Assembly: GCA_038087875.1 (NCBI GenBank)
Contig: JAXLNO010000254.1
Span: 62,001 to 92,250, forward strand
DNA length: 30,250 nucleotides
Direction: 5' to 3'
From: Malacoraja senta
Lineage: Eukaryota
Below are positions 9,682 through 20,059 of the stretch, piece by piece (position 1 is the first letter of the stretch; each line of letters begins with the position of its first letter). The notes under the pieces are model-generated. The model had not been told where the DNA came from. It saw only the letters and a list, made by a program, of their open reading frames with translations, and made no database searches. The position numbers were made by a program, and so were the translations under genes.

Positions 9682-12600
9682 TATCTATCTATCTATCTAT
9701 CTATTTGTCTATCTATTATATAAAACTCTCTGGCTGTCGTCCGTCTGTACGTCCGACGGTCTGCTTGACATTGCCGCGCGGCCTTTGATACGGCCCCTGG
9801 CCCACACGGCGCGCGGAAAGGCCCACGTTTTTCGCCATTTCCAAAGAAATGACATTTATCTTTACGAATAGCCACTCCTGATTAAATTCGGTCCTGTTTA
9901 TGTACACGTTTTTTAATAAAATCCATCCCCCCCCCAACCCCAATGTGATTTTCTCCGATTACCTCCAATTTTCTCCGAAAACGACGCCATCTTTTTCCCC
10001 CCGATTTTCTCCGAAAACGACGCCATCTTTTTTTCGACGATTTTCTCCGATTTTTTCAGAAAACGACGCCATCTTTTTTTCAGCAGATTTTCACCCCGGG
10101 GTCTGAAGCACGTTCGGGAACAACACCCCGGGGTGTCAAGCAATTTCGGGGACCAGACCCAACGGGTCTGCACTTGGTCTAGTCTATATACTTTTAAAAC
10201 TCTCTGGCTGTCGTCCGTCTGTACGTCCGACGGCCTGCTTGACTTTGCCGCGCGGCCTTTGATACGGCCCCTGGCCCACACGGCGCGCGGAAAGGCCCAC
10301 GTTTTCCGCCATTTCCAAAGAGATGACATTTATCTTTACGAATAGCCACTCCTGATTAAATTCTGTCCTGTTTATGTACACGTTTTTTAATAAAATCCAT
10401 CCCCCCCCCCCAACCCCAATGTGATTTTCTCCGATTTTCTCCGAAAACGACGCCATCTTTTTTCCCCCGATTTTCTCCGAAAACGACGCCATCTTTTTTT
10501 CTCCGATTTTCTCCGATTTTTTCCGAAAACGACGCAATCTTTTTTTCCCCGATTTTCACCCCGGGGTCTGAATCACCTTTGGAAACAACACCCCGGGGTG
10601 TCAAGCACTTTCGGGGACCAGACCCAACGGGTCTGCAGCACGTTCGGGAACAACACCCCGGGGTGTCATCCATCCCCCCCCAACCCCAATGTGATTTTCT
10701 CCGATTGTCTCCGGTTTTCAAAGACAACGACGCCATCTTTTTTTCGCCGAATTTCGCTGAAAACGACGCCATCTTTTTTTCCCACAATCCCTCCAATTTT
10801 TTTTTAAAACTACACCATCTTTTTTCAACCGATTTTCACCACCGGGGTCTGAATCACGTTCGGGAACAACACCCCTGGGTGTCAAGCACTTTCGGGGACC
10901 AGACCCAACGGGTCTGCACTTGGTCTAGTATACCTTTAAAACTCTCTGGCTGTCGTCCGTCTGTACGTCCGACGGCCTGCTTGACTTTGCCGCGCGGCCT
11001 TTGATACGGCCCCTAGCCCACACGGCACGCGGAAAGGCCCACGTTTTCCGCCATTTCCAAAGAGATGACATTTATCTTTACGAATAGCCACTCCTGATTA
11101 AATTCTGTCCTGTTTATGTACACGTTTTTTAATAAAATCCATCCCCCCCCCAACCCCAATGTGATTTTCTCCGATTGTCTCCGATTTTCTCCGAAAACGA
11201 CGCCATCTTTTTTTCCCCGATTTTCTCCGAAAACGACGCCATCTTTTTTTCTCCGATTTTCTCCGATTTTTTCCGAAAACGACGCAATCTTTTTTTCCCC
11301 GATTTTCACCCCGGGGTCTGAATCACCTTCGGAAACAACACCCCGGGGTGTCAAGCACTTTCGGGGACCAGACCCAACGGGTCTGCAGCACGTTCGGGAA
11401 CAACACCCCGGGGTGTCATCCATCCCCCCCCAACCCCAATGTGATTTTCTCCGATTGTCTCCGGTTTTCAAAGACAACGACGCCATCTTTTTTTCGCCGA
11501 ATTTCGCTGAAAACGACGCCATCTTTTTTTCCCACAATCCCTCCAATTTTTTAAAAAAACTACACCATCTTTTTTCAACCGATTTTCACCACCGGGGTCT
11601 GAATCACGTTCGGGAACAACACCCCTGGGTGTCAAGCACTTTCGGGGACCAGACCCAACGGGTCTGCACTTGGTCTAGTATACTTTTAAAACTCTCTGTC
11701 TGTCGTCCGTCTGTACGTCCGACGGCCTGCTTGACTTTGCCGCGCGGCCTTTGATACGGCCCCTGGCCCACGCGGCGCGCGGAAAGGCCCACGTTTTTCG
11801 CCATTTCCAAAGAGATGACATTTATCTTTACGAATAGCCACTCCTGATTAAATTCTGTCCTGTTTATGTACACGTTTTTTAAATAAAATCCATCCCCCCC
11901 AACCCCAATGTGATTTTCTCCGATTGTCTCCGATTTTCTCCGAAAACGACGCCATCTTTTTTCCCCCGATTTTTTCCAAAAACGACGACATCTTTTTTTC
12001 GCCGATTTTCACCCAGGGGTCTTAAGCACGTTCGGGGACAACACCCCGGGGTGTCATCCATCCCCCCACCAACCCCAATTTGATTTTCTCCCATTTTCTC
12101 AAAAAACGACGCCATCTTTTTTTCGCCGATTTTCTCCGAAAACGACGCCATCTTTTTTTCGCCGATTTTCTCCGAAAACGACGCCATCTTTTTTTCATCA
12201 GATATTCACCCCGGGGTCTGAAGCACGTTCGGGAACTACACCCCGGGGTGTCAAGCACTTTCGGGGACCAGACCCAACGGGTCTGCACTTGGTCTAGTAT
12301 ACCTTTAAAACTCTCTGGCTGTCGTCCGTCTGTACGTCCGACGGCCTGCTTGACTTTGCCGCGCGGCCTTTGATACGGCCCCTGGCCCACACGGCGCGCG
12401 GAAAGGCCCACGTTTTTCGCCATTTCCAAAGATATGACATTTATCTTTACGAATAGCCACTCCTGATTAAATTCTGCCCTGTTTATGTACACGTTTTTTA
12501 ATAAAATCCATCCCCCCCCAACCCCAATGTGATTTTCTCCGATTGTCTCCGATTTTCTCCGAAAACGACGCCATCTTTTTTTCGCCTATTTTTTCCGAAA

Positions 12601-13337
12601 ACGACGCCATCTTTTTTTCGCCGATTTTCTCCGATTTTCTCCGAAAACGACGCCATCTTTTTTTCAGCACATTTTCACCCCCGGGTCTGAAGCACGTTCG
12701 GGAACAACACCCCGGGGTGTCAAGCACTTTCGGGGACCAGACCCAACGGGTCTGCACTTGGTCTAGTATACTTTTAAAACTCTCTGGCTGTCGTCCGTCT
12801 GTACGTCCGACGGCCTGCTTGACTTTGCCGCGCGGCCTTTGATACGGCCCCTGGCCCACGCGGCGCGCGGAAAGGCCCACGGTTTTCGCCATTTCCAAAG
12901 AGATGACATTTATCTTTACGAATAGCCACTCCTGATTAAATTCGGTCCTGTTTATGTACACGTTTTTTAATAAAATCCACCCCCCCCAACCCCAATGTGA
13001 TTTTCTCCGATTGTCTCCGATTTTCTCCGAAAACGACGCCATCTTTTTTTCCCCGATTTTCTCCGAAAACGACGCCATCTTTTTTTCGACGATTTTCTCC
13101 GATTTTTTCCAAAAACGACGCAATCTTTTTTTCAGCACATTTTCACCCCGGGGTCTGAAGCACGTTCGGGAACAACACCCCGGGGTGTCAAGCACTTTCG
13201 GGGACCAGACCCAACGGGTCTGCACTTGGTCTAGAAACTCTGGCTGTCGTCCGTCTGTACGTCCGTACGTCCAACGTTCTGCTTGACCTGTGCCGCCTTT
13301 GATACCGCCCCTGGCCCATATTTTTTACCATTTCTAG
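9682..13337 (+). mobile_element. Head-to-tail array of non-autonomous Helitron family A: six full units plus one short diverged unit
   Basis: Each unit starts T(C)TATA...aaaactctctggc and ends CAGACCC-aac-GGGTCTG hairpin, 8 nt, CTAG. CTAG ends at 10182, 10928, 11678, 12297, 12766 and 13234; the partial unit ends CTAG at 13337. Confidence 0.88.
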
Positions 13338-13711
13338 TATATTATTAAAAGTCTGATCTTGACCGCTTTTGGCTCGCTGTGCTGTGATTTCCGAGAGAAC
13401 GCCGCCACCTACGGCCATCATGTTTGGCCACCTCGCTCAGGGCCCCCCTCCGCCTTCCAGGACCAGAGGATTTTTTCCATCGATGAAAAATCAGAGAGAT
13501 ATTAATGTTTTTAAAACATTTGCCATTCTCTCTGCTGTCCCTGCTGGAGGGAGTGGGAGGGACTATAAAACCAGGAAGTGGTGTGCCTCACTCAGTCTCT
13601 GCAAGATGGAGGAAGCCAGAGGGTCACGTCTCTCTGAGCACTGAATAACACTGAACACATGTCTACTCAACTGTGAGTGCCCTTAATGTGGTTTGAAAAT
13701 GAAAATATGGT

Positions 13712-13956
13712 TGGTTTGAAGTAAAAAGGCACTGCCTGCAAATGGTTGTTTGGGGGGTTTGGGTTGAAGTAAAAAGGCACTGCCTGCAAATGGTTGTTTG
13801 GGGGGTTTGGGTTGAAGTGAAAAGGCACTGCCTGCAAATGGTTGTTCGGGGAGTTTGGGTTGAAGTGAAAAGGCACTGCCTGCAAATGGTTGTTTGGGGG
13901 GGGGGGGGGGGGGGTTGGGTTGAAGTGAAAAGGCACTGCCTGCAAATGGTTGTTTG
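13712..13956 (+). repeat. 48-bp minisatellite, about 5 copies (gggttgaagt(a/g)aaaaggcactgcctgcaaatggttgtttggggggttt)
   Basis: Directly visible tandem repeat; gives the 16-aa periodic ORFs. Confidence 0.92.
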
Positions 13957-14326
13957 TCTAAACTTGACAACTTCCTGTTTGCACTATATTGATTTTAGAT
14001 CAAACGCTACCACTTACAGCTGTGATTTCTGGCCATCTTACTCAGTTCCCCTCCGCTCATCAAGTACAGAGGATTCTTCCCATCAATGAAAAACAAAAGT
14101 GTTATTAGTGTTTAAAAAATGTTGACAATCTCTCTCCTGTTAATCATGCCATGAAGGCCACATCTTTTCCGGTGGGAGGGGGAGGGATTATAAAATGGGT
14201 GTGGCTCAGTGTCTGCATGATGGTGGAGGGAGAGTTAACGACTCTGTCTGAGCTGTGAATAAACTGAACACACTGAATGTCTACTGAACAGTGAGTGTGG
14301 TGTTTTGTGTGGTTTTATGGTGGTTT

Positions 14327-14678
14327 CACCCTGCTTGAAATAGTATGAAACTGCATTTGAATGTGGTGGCCTTGCACCCTGCATGAAATGGTATGAAACT
14401 GCATTTGAATGTGGTGTCGTTGCACCCTGCATGAAATGGTATGAAACTGCATTTGAATGTGGTGTTGTTGCACCATGCATGAAATGGTATGAAACTGCAT
14501 TTGAATTTGGTCGCCTTGCACCCTCCTTGAAGTGGTAGGAAACTGAACCTGAATTTGGTGGCCTTGCACCCTGCTTGAAGTGGTATGAAACTGCACTTGA
14601 ATTTTGTGGCCTTGCACCCTGCTCGAAGAGGTAAGAAACTGGATTTGAATTTGGTGCCCTTGCACTCTGCTTGAAATG
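14327..14678 (+). repeat. 48-bp minisatellite, about 7 copies (aactgcatttgaatgtggtggccttgcaccctgcatgaaatggtatga)
   Basis: Directly visible tandem repeat with 16-aa ORF periodicity. Confidence 0.92.
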
Positions 14679-15619
14679 GAATTTCAAGGAATAGCCGTGA
14701 GTCAACTGCTAGCCCACCAGCCGTGAGTGAGCTGCCAGCACATCAGGCGTGAGGGACTGAGCTGCCACCCCAAGAATCCATCTGGCCCACAATATCCATA
14801 CTAGCCCTCTGGAGACCAGTAGTCCCTGCAGCCAACAACACCCATACCAGCGCTCCAGAAAGCCCCCCCCCCCCACCCCACTGGCCACCAATATTTGAAT
14901 TGGTGGAGAGGTGGAATATTGCGTCGGGGGACCAGCCCTCCCGTGTGAACATGGGTCCCACTTAGTCTAGTATTCACTGGAATTTCAAAGCATAAGATGG
15001 GATCTTATAGAAACATAACATGTTTAAGTGATTGGACAGGCTGGATGCAGGGGAAATGTTTCCCATGTTGGGGGAGAATAAGAGGTAGGCCATTTAGGAC
15101 TGAGATGAGGAAAAACCTTTTCACCCAGAGAGTTGTGAATTTGTGGAATTCTATGCCACAGGTGGCAGTATAGGGCAAATCACTGGATGTATTCAAGAGA
15201 GAGTTAGATATAGCACTTAAGGCTAATGTAATCAAGGGATACTGGGAGAAAGCAGAAACAAGGTTACGATTCTGGATGATCAGCCATGATAATATTGAAT
15301 GGTGGTTCTGGCTGCAAGGGCTGAATGGCCTACTCATGCACCTATTTTCTATGTTTCTATATAGTTAGGATGGAGAGGGTTAAAGAAGAGGGGGATGGTG
15401 AGAGAAATGAGAGTGCATCTGGGGACGGGGAAGAAAAGGGAAAACAGGGGGGACACAAAAAACAGATGCAGGCCTTGGCGAAACAAGCGAAAATGTTTGG
15501 TGAAATGGCCGTCTCGTCTACACAACTCTTAACCTGCAAAAGATACATCAGAACCAGAGATGTTTTGAATGCCTTCATTAAAGTGACACACAAAATCAAA
15601 CAAAGTGAAAGGACCCAAG

Positions 15620-18600
15620 ACCACAGGAGGCAGACAAGTGGGTCATGGTTAGGAAGGGCAAGGGGCAGAGGCAGGGACTAGTGAGTACCCCGGTGGCTGT
15701 ACACCTTGAAAATAAGTACTCCTATTTGAGTACTGTTAGGGGGGGACAGCCTTTCTGGGGGTAGCAACAGCGGCCGGGCCTCTGGCACAGAGAACGGCCC
15801 TATTGCTCAGAAGGGTAGGGAAAAGAAGAGGAGGGCAATAGTAATAGGGGACTATGGTTAGGGGGTCGGATAGGCGATTCTGTGGATGCAGTCAGGAGAC
15901 CCGGATGGCAGTTTGCCTCCCTGGTGCCAGGGTCAGGGATGTGTCTGAACGCGTCCAAGATATCCTGAAATCGGAGGGAGAAGAGCCTGAGGTTGTGGTA
16001 CATATAGGTACCAATGACATAGGTAGAAAAAGAGAAGAGGTCTTGAAAGGAGAATTTAGGGAGTTGGGAGGAGAATTAAGGAGAAGGACCACAAAGGTAA
16101 CAATCTCAGGATTACTACCTGTGCCACGCGACGGTGAGAGTAGGAATGAAATGAGGTGGAGGATAAATGTGTGGCTGAGGAACTGGTGCAGCGGGCAAGG
16201 ATTCAAATTTCTGGATCATTGGGACCTCTTTTGGGGAAGGTGTGACCTGTACAGAAAGGACGGGTTGCACTTGAACCCGAGGGGGACGAATATCCTGGCG
16301 GGGAGATTTGCAAAGGCTACTGGGGAGACTTTAAACTAGAATGGTTGGGGGGAGGGACACAAATAGAGAAAGCTAGTGGAAAATGTGGGAGGCAGGAGGC
16401 AGAGAAGGGAAGCACTCGGACCCAAAATGTAGGGGAGAAAGAAAAAGATAATAAACAGAGAATAAGTGGTGGTGGGTTTCTTAAATGTGTATATTTTAAT
16501 GCTAGGAGCATTGTAAGAAAGGTGGATGAGCTTAGAGCCTGGATTGACACCTGGAAGTATGATGTTGTGGTGATCAGTGAAACATGGTTGCAGGAGGGCT
16601 GTGATTGGCAAATAAATATTCCAGGATTTCATTGCTTCAGGGGTGATAGAATTGGAGGGGCAAGAGGTGGGGGTGTTGCATTGCTTGTCAAGGAAGATAT
16701 TACAGCAGTGCTTTGGCAGGATAGATTAGAGGTCTCGTCTAGGGAGGCTATTTGGGTGGAACTGAGAAATGGGAAAGGTGTAGCAACACTTATAGAGGTG
16801 TATTATAGACCACCAAATGGGGAGCGAGAATTGGAAGAGCAAATATGTAAGGAGCTAGCAGATATTAGTAGTAAGCACAAGGTAGTGATTGTGGGAGATT
16901 TCAATTTTCCACACATAGACTGGGAAACACACTCTGTAAAAGGGCTGGGTGGTTTGGAGTTTGTAAAATGTGTGCAAGATCGTTTTTTGCAGCAATACAT
17001 AGAGGTACCTACTAGAGAAGGGGCAGTGCTGGACCTCCTGTTAGGAAATGAGACAGGGCAGGTGGCGGAGGTATGTGTCGTGGAGCACTTCGGGTCCAGT
17101 GATCACAATACCATTAGTTTCAATATTATTATGGAGAGGGTCAGAACTGGACCTAGGGTTGAGATTTTTGATTGGAGAAAGGCTAACTTTGAGGGGATGC
17201 GAAAGGATTTAAAAGGAGTGAATTGGGACATGTGGTTTTATGGGAAGGATGTAGAAGAAAAATGGAGGACATTTAAGGGTGAAATTTTAAGAGTACAGAA
17301 TCTTTATGTCCCTGTTCGGTAAAAAAGGAAAGAGCCATAGTTTTCAAGGGAAATTGGACACTTGGTTCGGAAAAAGAGAGAGATCTACAATAATTATAGG
17401 CAGCATGGAGTAAATGAGGTGCTTGAGGAGTATAAAGAATGTAAAAATAATATTAAGAAAGAAATTAGAAAAGCTAAAAGAAGATATGAGGTTGCTTTGG
17501 CAAGTAAGGTGAAAGTAAATCCAAAGGGTTTCTACAGCTATATTAATAGCAAAAGGATAACAAGGAATAAAATTGGTCCATTAGAGAGTCAGAGTGGACA
17601 GCTATCTGCAGAGCCAAAAGAGATGGGGGAGATATTGAACAATTTCTTTTCTTCGGTATTCACCAAGAAGGATATGGAATTATGTGAGGTAAGGGAAACA
17701 AGCAGTAGCAATGGAAACTGTGAGATTCAAAGAGGAGGAGGTGCGGTCACTTTTGAAAAATTTGAAAACGGATAAGTCTCCAGGTCCTGACAGGATATTC
17801 CCTAGGACATTGAGGGAAGTTAGTGTAGAAATAGCAGGGGCTATGACAGAAATATTTCAAATGTCATTAGAAACGGGAATAGTGCTGGAGGATTGGCGTA
17901 CTGCGCATGTTGTTGGTCTGTGTTGGGTCCACTGTTGTTTGTCATGTACATCAATGATCTGGATGATGGTGTGGAAAATTGGATTAGTAAGTATGCAGAT
18001 GATACTAAGATAGGTGGTGTTGTGGATAATGAAGTCGATTTTCAAAGTCTACAGAGAGATTTAGGCCATTTGGAAGAGTGGGCTGAAAGATGGCAGATGG
18101 AGTTTAATGCTGACAAATGTGAGGTGCTACATCTCGGCAGGACAAATCAAAATAGGACCTACATGGTAAATGGTAGCGAATTGAGGAATGCAGTTGAACA
18201 GAGGGATCTAGGAATAACTGTGCATAGTTCCCTGAAGGTGGAATCTCATGTAGATAGGGTGGTAAAGAAAGCTTTTGGTGTGCTGGCCTTTATAAATCAT
18301 TGAATATAGAAGTTGGGATGTAATGTTAAAATTGTACAAGGCATTGGTGAGGCCAATTCTGGAGTATGGAGTACAATTTTGGTCGCCTAATTATGGGAAG
18401 GATGTCAACAAAATAGAGAGTACAGAGGAGATTTACTAGAATGTTGCCTGGGTTTCAGCAACTAAGTTACAGAGAAAGGTTGAACAAGTAAGGTCTTTAT
18501 TCTTTGGAGCGCAGAAGGTTAAGAGGGGACTTGATAGAAGTCTTTAAAATTATGAGCGGGTTAGACAGAGTGGACGTGGATAAGCTTTTCCCATTGAGAG

Positions 18601-18830
18601 TAGGGAAGATTCAAACAAGGGGACATGACTTGAGAATTAAGGGACAGAAGTTTAGGGAGAACATTAGCTAATTCCACTCAGAGAGTGGTAGCTGTGTGGA
18701 ATGAGCTTCCAGTGGAAGTGGTGGAGGCAGGTTCGATGTTATCCTTTAAAAATAGATTGGATGGGTATATGGGCGGGAAAGGAATGGAGGATTATGGTCT
18801 GAGTGCAGGTAGATGGGACTAGGGGGAAGT
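15620..18830 (+). mobile_element. CR1 LINE, defective: ORF1 SGNH-esterase part, APE endonuclease and RT with an internal deletion at about 17914; its 3' tail is probably displaced to 22875-22932
   Basis: CLPGARV, VVHIGTND, DGLHLN; YFNARS, VISETWL, GDFN, LDLLL, SDH; KSPGPD; DWRTAHVV joined straight to SVLGPLLF; KYADDTK. Confidence 0.93.
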
Positions 18831-18929
18831 ATTTATTTATATTAGGGGGAAGTACTTATTTATGGGACTAGGGGGAAGTACTTATTTATACCACACAATA
18901 CGCTTGAGAGGTAGAGATGAAAGAAGGAG

Positions 18930-19856
18930 ATGTCAGGCAAGCTGATTCAGTGCGATGCTTGCAGTATGTGGGAGGTCAAGGACACCGCTGTTGCCTCTGG
19001 CTGCTACAAATGTGAGAAGTGCATCCAGATAGAGCTCCTGAAGGGCCGTGTTGGGGAACTGGAGAAGCAAGTGGATGACCTCCGGTTCGTCCGAGAAACG
19101 GAGTCGTTTTTCGACAAGTCCTACAATACGATTGTTACACCTAACGTACTGGAAGAGAGGAGCTGGGAGACGGTGAGAAAGGGAGGGAAGCATGGAATGC
19201 CAACGTCCCCGGGTGTTGTACCACTTGTGAACAGGTTCACCCGCTTAGAAGCTGTTGGGACAGAAGACGTGTTTACACTGAGCGGCGGACTGGCTTGCGA
19301 TGCGAATAGGGCTGTTGAGCCAAAACCAATAAGGCCTAAGGCAGGTAACGCCATTGTAGTGGGAGACTCCATTGTGAGAGGTACGGACAGGGGTTTCTGC
19401 GGCAACAGACGGGATGCGAGGATGGTGTGCTGCCTTCCTGGTGCCAGGATCCAGGATGTCACGGACAGAGTGCAGAAAATCCTCAAGGGCGAAGGTGAAC
19501 ATCCGGAAGTGGTAGTGCATGTCGGCACAAACGATGTCGGAAAGAAGGGGATGAATATTCTGCAGCGTGACTTTAGAGAGCTCGGAAAAATGCTGAAAAG
19601 CAGGACCTCCAGGGTTGTTATCTCCGGTTTGCTTCCAGTTCCTCGTGCTGGCGAGAGCAGGAACAGGGAGATACGGGACCTGAACATGTGGCTGAGGAAC
19701 TGGTGCACGGGGCAGGGATTTCGATTCTTAGATCACTGGGATCTGTTTTGGGGTAAGGGGGAACTGTACAAAAGGGACGGATTGCATCTTAACAGGTGTG
19801 GGACCAGCATTCTGGCAGGCACGTTTGCCACTGCTACACGGGTGGTTTTAAACTGA
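18930..19856 (+). CDS. CR1 ORF1p: N-terminal Cys motif and coiled coil (zf/lz) plus SGNH esterase-like domain, 308 aa, open
   Basis: CDAC...CEKC, LLKGRVGELEKQVDDL heptads, VVGDSIVRG (block I), HVGTND (block III), DGLH (block V). Confidence 0.92.
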   Translation: MSGKLIQCDACSMWEVKDTAVASGCYKCEKCIQIELLKGRVGELEKQVDDLRFVRETESFFDKSYNTIVTPNVLEERSWETVRKGGKHGMPTSPGVVPLVNRFTRLEAVGTEDVFTLSGGLACDANRAVEPKPIRPKAGNAIVVGDSIVRGTDRGFCGNRRDARMVCCLPGARIQDVTDRVQKILKGEGEHPEVVVHVGTNDVGKKGMNILQRDFRELGKMLKSRTSRVVISGLLPVPRAGESRNREIRDLNMWLRNWCTGQGFRFLDHWDLFWGKGELYKRDGLHLNRCGTSILAGTFATATRVVLN

Positions 19857-20059
19857 ATAAGGGGGGTGGGGTGTCGAATGGGATAGTGGAGGATGGAGTT
19901 AAAGTGAAAGGGTTTCTTAAATGTGTGAGCGTAGAGACAGAGGGGTGTAAAATGAGGGTAGAAGAAATAGGTAGCAAGGTGAAAAGTAAAAGTGGAAGGC
20001 AGACAAAACCAGGGCAAAAATCAAAAAGGGCCACTTTTCAACATAATTGTATAAGGGGT

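Larger units (their letters stand above)
13338..14970 (+). mobile_element. Non-autonomous Helitron family B with two internal 48-bp minisatellites
   Basis: Starts tatattattaaaagtctgatc and ends gggacc...ggtcccacttagtCTAG|T, like the family A end (cacttggtCTAG). 48-bp arrays at about 13712-13956 and 14327-14678. Confidence 0.8.
9620..15360 (+). mobile_element. Old CR1 3' fragment (9620-9681 plus 14971-15360) interrupted by the Helitron composite
   Basis: ctgggctta at 9673-9681 rejoins tattcactggaattt at 14971, followed by CR1 C-terminal and 3' UTR sequence to tttctatgtttcta. A 27-bp tandem duplication sits at its 5' end (9620-9683). Confidence 0.85.

Noticed and set aside
9682..13337. CRISPR-like array or protein-coding repeat (ORFs up to 252 aa)
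   Set aside because: No unique spacers, units of 470-750 bp, eukaryotic context. The ORFs vary in frame between units and follow homopolymer indels; Helitron termini explain the structure.
13667..14705. Periodic 16-aa repeat proteins
   Set aside because: Translations of the 48-bp minisatellites inside the Helitron.
18930..19856. Host GDSL/SGNH lipase gene
   Set aside because: Intronless and directly upstream of APE-RT; the esterase ORF1 is an established CR1 feature.
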